Assembly: GCA_026461075.1 (NCBI GenBank) | Contig: JAPJNH010000107.1 | Span: forward strand, 1,127-65,126 | DNA length: 64,000 bases | DNA from: Chitinophagales bacterium | GTDB lineage: Bacteria; Bacteroidota; Bacteroidia; Chitinophagales; CAIODY01 | Reading direction: 5' to 3' | Shown here: positions 9,367 through 18,055 of the stretch, in pieces | Position numbering within the stretch: the first letter of the stretch is position 1 | Layout of the letters: each line of letters opens with the position of its first letter | Notes under the pieces: model-generated | The model's input: only the letters and a program-made list of their open reading frames with translations | What the model was told of the DNA's origin: nothing | Databases searched by the model: none | Position numbers and translations under genes: made by a program

Positions 9367-9960
9367 ATGAACTTTCTCTATCGTCAACCCCATATTGCCT
9401 TAGAAAACCTAAGTGATGAGGAATTGATTCGTCAATTTCGCATGAATGGGGATCAGACGTATTTCGTGACCTTATTCCAACGCTATACCCACCTTATTTA
9501 TGGCGTTTGTAAGAAATATTTAAAGCAAGAGCCATTAGCAGAAGATGCGGTGATGGAAATCTATGAAAAACTCTTACGTGAAATTGGTCGCCATGATATT
9601 CAAATCTTCAAAGCTTGGCTTTATCAAGTAAGTAAGAATCATTGCTTGATGCATTTACGCCGTCATGCGGCCCACCCAGTTGATTATGTGGAAGAAGTAA
9701 AAGGAAATACGCCTTTACTTATGGAAACGGAGCAAAATGTGCATCTTGATGAACAACAGAAAGCTATTTTGGAAAAGGCGCTTTTAGAAGCCCTTCAGCA
9801 GCTGAATCCTGAGCAAAAGCGCTGCGTGGAATTATTCTACCTCGCCGATAAAAGTTATATCGAAATCTGCAAAGAGACGGGATATACGCTTAAACAGGTG
9901 AAAAGCTTCATCCAAAACGGCAAACGAAATCTAAAAATTCAACTCTCGAAAGGGAACTAA
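9367..9960 (+). CDS. ECF RNA polymerase sigma factor
   Basis: AEDAVMEIYEKL, FKAWLYQVSKNHCLM, L.PEQKRCVELFY, VKSFIQNGKRNLK; TATCTTTG at 9351-9358. Confidence 0.92.
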   Translation: MNFLYRQPHIALENLSDEELIRQFRMNGDQTYFVTLFQRYTHLIYGVCKKYLKQEPLAEDAVMEIYEKLLREIGRHDIQIFKAWLYQVSKNHCLMHLRRHAAHPVDYVEEVKGNTPLLMETEQNVHLDEQQKAILEKALLEALQQLNPEQKRCVELFYLADKSYIEICKETGYTLKQVKSFIQNGKRNLKIQLSKGN

Positions 9961-9963
9961 ATT

Positions 9964-11052
9964 ATGTCGAAACTATTCGACCATATCAACCAAGGCTCTG
10001 CAAAGAGCGAATGCTTTAACGAAGAGCAGCTTCTAGCCTATATCCAAGGGCAATTGAGCACTTCTGAGGTAAAGTCATTAGAAGAGCATATCAATTCGTG
10101 TGAATTGTGTAATGATGCCTTGGATGGCCTATTAACAGACGATGGAAAGTTAAACGCAGGCACTAAACAGGAATTACCAGAAGTGCTAGATCGTATCAAT
10201 AAACGTCTGGATCACCGCTCACGTAAGGAACATCGCCTCATTCCGATTCATATCTATTCCCCTTGGAGAATGATAGGAGTCGCTGCGGCAGTAGTTTTTA
10301 TCGTTTTAGGGGTAGGCGTTTACTTCAATCTATTTGTCAATACTCGATTACAAATCGTAGCGGACAAGCTAGAGAAGATGAAATCCGAGTTGAGTAATAT
10401 CAGCTTTAGTAAGGGGCATGATACGATCACTATTATTAAAGAACAAGCAAAAATAGCGGCAGCAGATGAGAAAGCAGACGCATTCGACACCTCTCCTCTA
10501 GCTGAATTGGAAAACAATTCGAAAGATAGTAGTGGGCAAGTAGTGAATGTGGAAGAGCCGACATTAGAAAGCGCTCCGATAGCTATGGCCGATGCAGATG
10601 CAGGCGTTTCCCCTACTGTAGATGACAAAGTAACAGAAACAACCGCGCCGCAAGTAAGCGCTAAATCGAAGGCCCCTGCGGATCTAGCTAACGCAAGCGC
10701 GAGCAACGATCAATTGAATGCCATTCAACAAAGCTTAAAGACCAATAACTTTATGCGCGCATCCGCACAATGCTATTCGATTTTAAATAAAGATCAGTCG
10801 CAATATAAAGTGCGTTACCTACTCGCTTTGAGTTTGATGGGACAAAAGAAGTATATTGATGCCATTCAACAGTTTGATATCATTATGGTACAAACTAATG
10901 ACGAAGTATATGAGGCTGCTCGTTATCAAAAAGCTTTAGCCCATATTAAAATCAGTGACCCAATCACTGCTAAAGCCATTTTACAGCAAATTATTTCTGA
11001 AGGTGGCGCTTATAAAGCCCAAGCAGAAGCCAGTTTGAAAGAGCTGAAATAA
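9964..11052 (+). CDS. Zinc-binding anti-sigma factor with a TM helix, low-complexity linker and C-terminal TPR-like domain
   Basis: HINSCELC (HxxxCxxC), one hydrophobic helix, C-terminal helical repeats (RYLLALSL, RYQKALAHI); 3 nt after the ECF gene. Confidence 0.8.
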   Translation: MSKLFDHINQGSAKSECFNEEQLLAYIQGQLSTSEVKSLEEHINSCELCNDALDGLLTDDGKLNAGTKQELPEVLDRINKRLDHRSRKEHRLIPIHIYSPWRMIGVAAAVVFIVLGVGVYFNLFVNTRLQIVADKLEKMKSELSNISFSKGHDTITIIKEQAKIAAADEKADAFDTSPLAELENNSKDSSGQVVNVEEPTLESAPIAMADADAGVSPTVDDKVTETTAPQVSAKSKAPADLANASASNDQLNAIQQSLKTNNFMRASAQCYSILNKDQSQYKVRYLLALSLMGQKKYIDAIQQFDIIMVQTNDEVYEAARYQKALAHIKISDPITAKAILQQIISEGGAYKAQAEASLKELK

Positions 11053-11063
11053 TATTAAAGGGC

Positions 11064-11369
11064 TTACAGAATTGTAATCTGCATTTTACGCCCTAATCCT
11101 TGCTCGATTATTCTTCGAAGCGTAGCTAGCTGTATATCACTTTTTCCATTCTCTAAACGAGAAATATAACTCTTTTTAGTGCCAACCTTCACGGCCAACT
11201 CCTCTTGCGTTAACTTCGCTTGTCGACGTGCCGCTTTTAAACATTCACTTAAAATAAAAGCTTCAGCGTCGGCTTCGAACTGATCTCTAGAGGGTGTACC
11301 ATGCTGACCATACTTTTTTTCCAACAATTCATCAAATGTTGTAACAGTAGAATCGATTTTCTTTTTCAT
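11064..11369 (-). CDS. XRE-family HTH antitoxin (HigA-like)
   Basis: LKAARRQAKLTQEELAVKVGTKKSYISRLENGKSDIQL; downstream of a RelE-type toxin frame. Confidence 0.9.
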   Translation of the reverse strand: MKKKIDSTVTTFDELLEKKYGQHGTPSRDQFEADAEAFILSECLKAARRQAKLTQEELAVKVGTKKSYISRLENGKSDIQLATLRRIIEQGLGRKMQITIL

Positions 11370-11374
11370 ATCAT

Positions 11375-11716
11375 TTATTTTTTACTTATCGCTTGAATTT
11401 GCAATTTCCTAGCGAGTTCAAGTTCCTTCGCAGGAAGCTTTTGGGACTTCTTTATGAAAGCATTCAATAATAATATTTCCTTTGAATCTGTGAATACACA
11501 AAAAATACGAATATTCTTTTCCCCGGTTTTCACTCGTATTTCAAAGAGTCCGCTTGCATTTGTTATGCTCTTGAAAAATTTAAGCGGTATTACATCAATA
11601 ACCCTCAATAATGAAAGTACATACTCAATTTTCTTTTATGTATTTAAACTTTGCTCATTGTAAAAATCTATATAGTGGCTCTCAAACAACACAATTTTTC
11701 TATTCTGACTTCTCAT
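11375..11716 (-). pseudogene. RelE/HigB (Gp49-like) toxin interrupted by an in-frame TAA at codon 27
   Basis: ATG 11716: MRSQNRKIVLFESHYIDFYNEQSLNT*KKIEYVLSLLRVIDVIPLKFFK...GLFEIRV...IRIFC...LLNAFIKKSQKLP. The stop is at 11638-11636 and the frame is the same on both sides. Confidence 0.8.
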
Positions 11717-11721
11717 ACTAA

Positions 11722-11739
11722 GTTAACTAATTAGTAAAC
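11722..11739. promoter_or_regulatory. Putative antitoxin operator (18-bp near-palindrome)
   Basis: GTTAACTAATTAGTAAAC: perfect core ACTAATTAGT and one mismatched pair, 5 nt upstream of the toxin ATG. Confidence 0.6.
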
Positions 11740-11815
11740 AGTTTCCAAATAAAATGTTCCTAATAAGAACGCGCGTACCTCCATGGTTCTTGTACTCACA
11801 AACTATAAATCGCAC

Positions 11816-11850
11816 AAAAAGGAAAGGTCCCACATTTCTGTGAAACTTTT
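11816..11850 (-). terminator. Probable intrinsic terminator of the M23 gene
   Basis: Minus strand GTTTCAC-agaaat-GTGGGAC (G-U pairs) followed by CTTTCCTTTTT. Confidence 0.5.
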
Positions 11851-11890
11851 AGCCAGTGCATTACCTAGTATATCTGAAAGAAAATTAAAA

Positions 11891-12868
11891 TTAGTCGAAA
11901 GACTGATTCGTCTGACTAGCACGCTGCAAAATCTGCTCGTAGTCGGATGGCTTCAAATCGCTGAAGAAGAAATTAATCGGATCAATCTGTGTGCCACCCT
12001 TGATAACCTCATAGTGACAATGCGGTCCAGTAGAAGAACCTGTACTACCCACATAACCTATTACGTCGCCTCGCTTAACCTTCTGCCCACGTGTCGCCTT
12101 GAAACGACTCATATGCGCATATAGGGTACGATAGCCATATCCGTGATTGATAATGATGTGCATGCCATAGCCACTATGATCGGCGATAGCGCCCTCTACT
12201 ACCCCGTCTCCGGTAGCGTAGATCGGTGTACCAGGACTAGCTGCGAAGTCGATACCGCTGTGAAACTTCACAATCTTATAAATAGGATGGGTACGATACC
12301 CGAAGCCGGAAGCGATACTGTTCAAGCGACGATTAGAAATCGGCTGAATAGCAGGAATGCTCTGCATCATCTGCGCCTTGCTCTGCACTAATTTTTCAAT
12401 CTCATCAAAAGACTTCGATTGTATATAAAGCTTTCGACTGATTTTATCGAGCGCTTTCGTCGTATTCACCATCAAATCGGTATTATCATAACCGTCTAAA
12501 TCAGCGTATAAATCTGTACCTCCAAAAGCACCAGAACGTTGGGTAGGACTGATTGGATTGGCCTCGAAAATCACGCGATATGTATTGTCATCGCGATCTG
12601 CGATACTTTTCAAACTAGCATCTAAACGCGCCATTCGACGATTCAACAACTCATATTGCGCACGAACTTTGTTTAATTCACGTTTCAAAATTTTCTCCTT
12701 AGGAGAATCTAAATATTGATAAGCGAAATATACGCTTACGATAGCAAAGACAAGGGTGGCACTTAAGAAACCAAATACACGCAATGTCCATTCCCACCAC
12801 GAGAGCTTAACCGTCTCGTAGCTGAGGGTATGGGTATTGAACACATATTTTACTTTCTTTTCAGCCAT
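11891..12868 (-). CDS. M23 family metallopeptidase
   Basis: N-terminal TM and coiled coil; FH.GIDF, YAHM, GSTGSSTGPHCHYEV; TATCTTTG at 12889-12882. Confidence 0.93.
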   Translation of the reverse strand: MAEKKVKYVFNTHTLSYETVKLSWWEWTLRVFGFLSATLVFAIVSVYFAYQYLDSPKEKILKRELNKVRAQYELLNRRMARLDASLKSIADRDDNTYRVIFEANPISPTQRSGAFGGTDLYADLDGYDNTDLMVNTTKALDKISRKLYIQSKSFDEIEKLVQSKAQMMQSIPAIQPISNRRLNSIASGFGYRTHPIYKIVKFHSGIDFAASPGTPIYATGDGVVEGAIADHSGYGMHIIINHGYGYRTLYAHMSRFKATRGQKVKRGDVIGYVGSTGSSTGPHCHYEVIKGGTQIDPINFFFSDLKPSDYEQILQRASQTNQSFD

Positions 12869-12938
12869 AATTAATGAGTTGCAAAGATACGGAAAAGCAG
12901 GCCTAAATGAACCAAAATTCTGTTAAAGGGGTCAAAAA

Positions 12939-13874
12939 TCAGTTTAATTCATGCCAAGCTAGTGAAGCTGCTCCTAAAACAGCTGCATCTCCTTCTGGCA
13001 AGGCCGAAAAAGCAAGCTTTATTTTGCCTTTAAAAATCTGCAATAAACTCTCTTCAAAATGCTTTTTTAAGGGACGCATCAATAATTCTCCGGCATTTGC
13101 CAAGCCTCCGAACAAAAAAATCGTTTCTGGAGAAGTAAAGGCTACTGCATCCGCGAGTTGTCTGCCTAATACTTTAGCCGTAAAATCGAAAATCTCTATC
13201 GCGAGTTCGTCGCCAGCCGTTGCGGCTTCTGCAATCGACTTTGCCGTTATCATCCCACTTGTACGTAAGGAGGAGCTGACACTTTCCTTCATCAACCACT
13301 CTTCTGCAGTGCGGACAATGCCCGTAGCGGAGGCGTAAGTCTCTAAACAGCCTTTTCTACCGCAGCCACAGCTTCTTCCATCATAATCATAGACAATATG
13401 TCCTAGTTCACCTGCAAAGCCATCATGACCATAAACGACCTCCCCATTCACCACTACTCCACTTCCTAAGCCTGTTCCAAGGGTGATCATGATAAAATCT
13501 CTAAGTCCTTTCGCGGCGCCGAATTGCATTTCTCCGATAGCGGCAGCATTCGCGTCATTCGTAAGCCAGGCAGGGACTCCAAAATGTTTAGCAAACATTT
13601 CCGCCAAGGGTACAACACCCTTCCAGCTTAAGTTTGGAGCAAATTCTACCGTACCTTTATAATAATTTCCGTTCGGAGCACCGATTCCGATACCCTCCAA
13701 GGAAACATTTTTTAGTCCGATAGCCTCGTAAGCAAGATTAACTTCCGCTACTAATGCCTCCGCACTTTTTGCAGTTGGAATAGAAAAGCGATGCAACAAA
13801 TTTCCCTTTACATCCACTACTCCTACTGCTGTATTCGTACCGCCAATATCAATGCCCAGCGCTATTTTCGTCAT
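12939..13874 (-). CDS. ROK family sugar kinase (glucokinase or GlcNAc kinase)
   Basis: GIDIGGTN, NDANAAAIGE, TLGTGLGSG, GELGH, CGCGRKGCLE; start overlaps the MFS stop. Confidence 0.92.
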   Translation of the reverse strand: MTKIALGIDIGGTNTAVGVVDVKGNLLHRFSIPTAKSAEALVAEVNLAYEAIGLKNVSLEGIGIGAPNGNYYKGTVEFAPNLSWKGVVPLAEMFAKHFGVPAWLTNDANAAAIGEMQFGAAKGLRDFIMITLGTGLGSGVVVNGEVVYGHDGFAGELGHIVYDYDGRSCGCGRKGCLETYASATGIVRTAEEWLMKESVSSSLRTSGMITAKSIAEAATAGDELAIEIFDFTAKVLGRQLADAVAFTSPETIFLFGGLANAGELLMRPLKKHFEESLLQIFKGKIKLAFSALPEGDAAVLGAASLAWHELN

Positions 13875-15612
13875 AGTCAATTCCTTGTTTTTGTAATAAC
13901 TGCTTCACCACTACTGCGAACAATGCCAAGAAAACAAAGCACGCAAAAGCCAACCAATACGATTGATGAATACCAATGCCCGCTTGTTCTGGATGCATAC
14001 TTTGATACCAATCGGCCAATTTACCTTGGATAGGAGGCAATACAGAACCCCCTAGAATCATCATTACTAAGAAGGCCGCACCTTGGGTGGTATAAGAACC
14101 AAGTCCCGCCAAGGATAAAGAGAAAATGCTTGGCCACATAATAGAGCAAAATAAACCACCGCTAAGTATCGCATATATCGCTACTTGTCCGCTACTAAGG
14201 ATACCAACTAACATGGCTAAAGCGCCTCCGATACTAAATAACAATAAGGTTAGAGCAGGCTTGCCACGACTGATGAAAAAGACCGCTACTTGCAATACCA
14301 CACATAATACATATCCATACAAAGAGGAAACATCTTTCTGTGCTAGCGCATTTACGCCGAGCACTAAGCCAAATGCAAGAATAGGCACAATCACCGTTGC
14401 CATTTGCTTTTTAAGGCCTGTCCATTCAAAAACATTAATGGCACCCGTCCAGCGACCGACCATTAAACTACCCCAATACACCGAAGCGAATACAGCAATT
14501 TGCGAAGCTTCGAATCCGCCAAAAGCCTTCTGCTTAAGCAATTCACCTAAGTTCGAACCGATACTCACCTCTACTCCAACATATACGAAAATCGCTAACA
14601 TACCAAGCACCAATTGCGGATACTGCATGGCACCCCAACCATTTTTATTCTTGCGTGAAGGAATTAATGAGAACAATAACAAGCCGAAAATGCTTGCTAA
14701 AGCAATCATCAAACAGCGTGTGCGAAAGCTTTCCAAGCTTACCTTTAGTTCATTCAAATGTAAATTAGCTTGCGTTAGAGCCTCTCCCACTACGATCTTC
14801 GAATCTATTTGCTTTTGCAAGGCCGCAATCTCTTGAGCTTCTGCACCACGATAGGAATTGAAAATCGGCGTATAGGCTGCGGCAAGTACGAGTGTTAAGA
14901 AAGCTAATAGCAAAAAGGCTTTCATCGGTTTAGTTTCTTGCGTGCTTTGCGCCTCCTCTTCCTGTACCCCTTCAACTGCATTCTTTGAAAAGTAGAACAA
15001 GGCTGCAGCACCTATAAAAAGAGCTCCGACACATGCATAGAGTATATTCACATACTCCAACTTCAAATTTTGAATTTGCTCGTCAGAGATCGATTTTGCA
15101 CTTCCAAATAAAGCTAATCCAATGACAATAGGTCCGATGGTTGTGCCGAAGGAATTCACGCTACCGCCCAAACTAATCCGGTGTGCGCCTGTCTTTGGAT
15201 CACCTAAAGCTAAGGCAAAAGGATTGGCAGCGGTTTGTTGTAAGGAGAATCCTAAGGCAACGATGAATAAGCCGCCTAACATGCCATTGAAGGAATTTGC
15301 ATTTACAGCAACAATCATAGTAAGCGCCCCTAAAGCGGAGAACAATAATCCGTACACGATAGATTTACGATAACCCCAACGAGCTACAGCATCCTTACCT
15401 GTGAAAGCGCCTACAGCAAATAGTCCTAGCGCTCCGATATAATAAGCAAGATAGAATGCAAAATCAATCAGCTGCGATTGAAATTGATCCAAGTGAAAAT
15501 AATGTTTACAAAAAGGGATGAATACGCTATTCCCTGCGGCGATAAAACCCCAGAAGAAAAAGACAGTTATCAATGTATAGAGCGTGGCTCTAACGCGAGA
15601 GATATTTTCCAT
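13849..15612 (-). CDS. FucP/GluP-like sugar MFS transporter, enlarged (587 aa)
   Basis: FFFWGF, LQQTAANP, NSFGTTIGP, IFVYVGVEV, CSIMWPSIF, MMILGG. Confidence 0.85.
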   Translation of the reverse strand: MENISRVRATLYTLITVFFFWGFIAAGNSVFIPFCKHYFHLDQFQSQLIDFAFYLAYYIGALGLFAVGAFTGKDAVARWGYRKSIVYGLLFSALGALTMIVAVNANSFNGMLGGLFIVALGFSLQQTAANPFALALGDPKTGAHRISLGGSVNSFGTTIGPIVIGLALFGSAKSISDEQIQNLKLEYVNILYACVGALFIGAAALFYFSKNAVEGVQEEEAQSTQETKPMKAFLLLAFLTLVLAAAYTPIFNSYRGAEAQEIAALQKQIDSKIVVGEALTQANLHLNELKVSLESFRTRCLMIALASIFGLLLFSLIPSRKNKNGWGAMQYPQLVLGMLAIFVYVGVEVSIGSNLGELLKQKAFGGFEASQIAVFASVYWGSLMVGRWTGAINVFEWTGLKKQMATVIVPILAFGLVLGVNALAQKDVSSLYGYVLCVVLQVAVFFISRGKPALTLLLFSIGGALAMLVGILSSGQVAIYAILSGGLFCSIMWPSIFSLSLAGLGSYTTQGAAFLVMMILGGSVLPPIQGKLADWYQSMHPEQAGIGIHQSYWLAFACFVFLALFAVVVKQLLQKQGIDYDENSAGH

Positions 15613-15627
15613 GTGTGTTGTTTTAAA

Positions 15628-16269
15628 TTATGGAGCAAGACGTTGTTTGATCCAATTATTATTTTCTAAATGATAAGAAATTCGATCATGTAAGCGTGAC
15701 GGCTGTCCTTGCCAAAACTCGATGCGATGGGCAATTAAAGCATAGCCTCCCCAATGAGCCGGTCGTTGAATCATCATACTGCCCGCCTCAATTTTCGCGT
15801 TCAATTCTTTCAGCCCTTCGACGATAAACTCGCGATTAGGAATGACATGCGACTGTGGCGACAGCATGGCACCTATTTGCGAATCTTTTGGACGAGAGTA
15901 GAAATAGGTATCGGAGTCGGCAGCGCTAATTTGCTCCAAACGCCCTTCAATACGTATTTGGCGAAACTGTTTTTGAAAGTAAAAAGAAAGGGAGGCAAGC
16001 GGATTCTGTTCAATTTCTCGTCCCTTATCGGAGGCGTAATTAGTAAAGAATACGAATCGTTGATTCTCCAAGGCTTTTAATAAAACAACGCGCGCATGTG
16101 GCTGGCCCGATTGATCTGCCGTAGCAAGGGTCATGGCGTTTGGCTCTGCTTCACCCGCCTGTTGGGCTTCGGTCCACCATAACTGAAACTGAACAAAAGG
16201 AGATGCTGCACAATCTTCCTTGCGGAGCGGTGCTCCCTCATAGTCTTGCCGCAAAGGCCGTAAATCCAT
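15628..16269 (-). CDS. pdxH: Pyridoxine/pyridoxamine 5'-phosphate oxidase
   Basis: EPNAMTLAT, ARVVLLK, FFTNY.S.KG, RQIRIEG, YFYSRP, EFWQG..SRLHDR. The start could be 16287. Confidence 0.95.
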   Translation of the reverse strand: MDLRPLRQDYEGAPLRKEDCAASPFVQFQLWWTEAQQAGEAEPNAMTLATADQSGQPHARVVLLKALENQRFVFFTNYASDKGREIEQNPLASLSFYFQKQFRQIRIEGRLEQISAADSDTYFYSRPKDSQIGAMLSPQSHVIPNREFIVEGLKELNAKIEAGSMMIQRPAHWGGYALIAHRIEFWQGQPSRLHDRISYHLENNNWIKQRLAP

Positions 16270-16355
16270 ATGTTCACCACTTAACATAAAAAAGGTGCAT
16301 TTAAATTTGAATAATAGCAAGATACTTAATTGCTTTGTGCAATCAAAATAAAGCC

Positions 16356-16814
16356 ATGCGTAAACTTCTAGTATTTCTTTCGATAGCAAGTATTGTTGCT
16401 TGTACTTCTTCCAAACAAGACAATCCGTTGGTTGGAGAGTGGCATGTAAAATCAGTACACTTCGAAAATGAAACAGATATGCTTCATTCTAAGGATAGTC
16501 TATTTATTCAAGCGGTCGCTGAATCTAATAAAGAAACAGAAAAGAGTTTGGTATTGAGTTTTAATGCCGACAGTACTTTGCATATTTTATCAAACAGAGC
16601 TGAACGTGCCATTTTTAAATATTCCTTAGATACAGCACAGCATCTTATTCTCTTGCATGCCATGAATAACAGCTCTCCTACACCTAGCAGTGATTTTCAA
16701 GTAGAACGTTTAAAGGGCGACACGCTGATCATTATGGATTCAAAAGGTATGGGTGATATGCCAAGATTGAAATATGAACTTTATCGTGTGAACGCACAAA
16801 CAGACAAAAAATAA
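16356..16814 (+). CDS. Lipoprotein, lipocalin-like beta-barrel domain
   Basis: Lipobox IVAC; NPLVGEW; ...L.GDTLII. Confidence 0.65.
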   Translation: MRKLLVFLSIASIVACTSSKQDNPLVGEWHVKSVHFENETDMLHSKDSLFIQAVAESNKETEKSLVLSFNADSTLHILSNRAERAIFKYSLDTAQHLILLHAMNNSSPTPSSDFQVERLKGDTLIIMDSKGMGDMPRLKYELYRVNAQTDKK

Positions 16815-16835
16815 TTTCATAAAAACTTCGTGCAT

Positions 16836-16869
16836 AAAAAAAGCCCTCACTTTTCAGTAAGGGCTTTTT
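16836..16869. terminator. Bidirectional intrinsic terminator
   Basis: AAAAAAAGCCCT...AGGGCTTTTT between convergent genes. Confidence 0.85.
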
Positions 16870-16891
16870 CATGTAATAACGTGTTAGCTTA

Positions 16892-17245
16892 TTATCCTTC
16901 TGCTAATGTATCGATTATCTTAGCAACCTCAGCTAAACGCGGACGGTTGATTGTATAATAGATAAACTTACCATCGCGAGTTGTGTTCACGATTTCAGCA
17001 GCACGCAAAATTGCCAAATGTTGTGAAGCAACTGATTGTTCCAAACGAAGTTTCACATAGATTTCAGTCACAGTGATTTTCTTGTTGTCCTCAATTACCT
17101 TCAAGATTTGCTGACGCAATTTGTGGTTCAAAGCACGGATAATGTGCGCAGATGTTTTTAAATTGACAGCACCTACAACGATTGGATCGCGGCTAGATGT
17201 GCCATTACGGGAAATGATTAAATCATTTTTTACTTTTGACTCCAT
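16892..17245 (-). CDS. ArsR/SmtB family transcriptional regulator (no cysteines)
   Basis: RALNHKLRQQIL, TVTEIYVKLRLEQSVASQHLAILR, RDGKFIYY. Confidence 0.9.
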   Translation of the reverse strand: MESKVKNDLIISRNGTSSRDPIVVGAVNLKTSAHIIRALNHKLRQQILKVIEDNKKITVTEIYVKLRLEQSVASQHLAILRAAEIVNTTRDGKFIYYTINRPRLAEVAKIIDTLAEG

Positions 17246-17341
17246 TGTTAAGTAATTTTTTTGATTAAATGATATTACAAAGATATATAAAACTAACTTA
17301 TAACGTTAGAATTCTTGTTAATATTTTTTTAAGCTCATAAC

Positions 17342-18010
17342 TCAATTCTGACCGAATTCTTTGAGATAAAGTGGCTCTGCGTAGGCAAGATCAGAGAAAT
17401 CACTTTTTGCAAATTTTTCAAATGCTAATTTGCATAAAAACCTAGCACTATTGACATTATTGCTAAGATCAAATTGATGATTCGGACGAGTGCCTAAAAA
17501 TTGTTGCACCTTTGCAGCCCCACTACCCGCGAACAAGTACTGAGTAGCACTTTCAGACCAAGCTTCCTCTTGCACAACATAAGCATATTCACATTTTATC
17601 TCACTTACATTCTTATCGTACTGTGCAGTATATACTTCCATTCTTCTTGCATCTACTAATGGCACAAAATCACCAATATACGAAGGATATAATTCCTTTA
17701 GGCCTTGCGCCATCATACGAAGGGAAGAAATTGTAATCAATGGAATGCTATTCACCATACAAAAGCCTTTGGCTAAACTCAATCCAACGCGTAAACCAGT
17801 ATAGGAGCCAGGACCAATACTCACGGCTACGGCAGCAATATCGACACTGCTAAGCTTGTTTTCAGCTAATAATTGCTGTATAAATAAAGGTAAGGATGCG
17901 GCATGCGTATTCGGCTGCACCTCCTCTAAAACGCCGATTAAATCAGCATCTTTACTCAATGCAACACTGCAACAATTGGAGGACGTTTCGATATGTAGCA
18001 AATAAGCCAT
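17342..18010 (-). CDS. tsaB: t6A biosynthesis protein TsaB
   Basis: LHIETSS..CSVAL, AVSIGPGSYTGLRVG, DARRMEVY, AEPLYLK; ATG 18010. Confidence 0.93.
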   Translation of the reverse strand: MAYLLHIETSSNCCSVALSKDADLIGVLEEVQPNTHAASLPLFIQQLLAENKLSSVDIAAVAVSIGPGSYTGLRVGLSLAKGFCMVNSIPLITISSLRMMAQGLKELYPSYIGDFVPLVDARRMEVYTAQYDKNVSEIKCEYAYVVQEEAWSESATQYLFAGSGAAKVQQFLGTRPNHQFDLSNNVNSARFLCKLAFEKFAKSDFSDLAYAEPLYLKEFGQN

Positions 18011-18014
18011 AGTG

Positions 18015-18022
18015 CAAATGTA
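18015..18022 (-). promoter_or_regulatory. -7 element TACATTTG, 4 nt before the tsaB ATG
   Basis: Exact consensus on the minus strand, in the tsaB/rlmN divergent gap. Confidence 0.6.
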
Positions 18023-18055
18023 CATATTCATCGTCTTTTGGAGTATCTTTACCCT

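Noticed and set aside
11740-11890. ncRNA in the 150-nt gap between M23 and the toxin gene
   Set aside because: It is explained by a terminator plus promoter space. The AAGAAC/GTTCTT stem is only 6 bp, and no SRP, 6S, tmRNA or riboswitch motif was recognised.
14126-14836. Long antisense ORFs (236 aa here; also 139-522, 12907-13338, 10320-10706, 2926-3333 and others)
   Set aside because: They are shadows of well-supported genes on the opposite strand, with no recognisable motifs.
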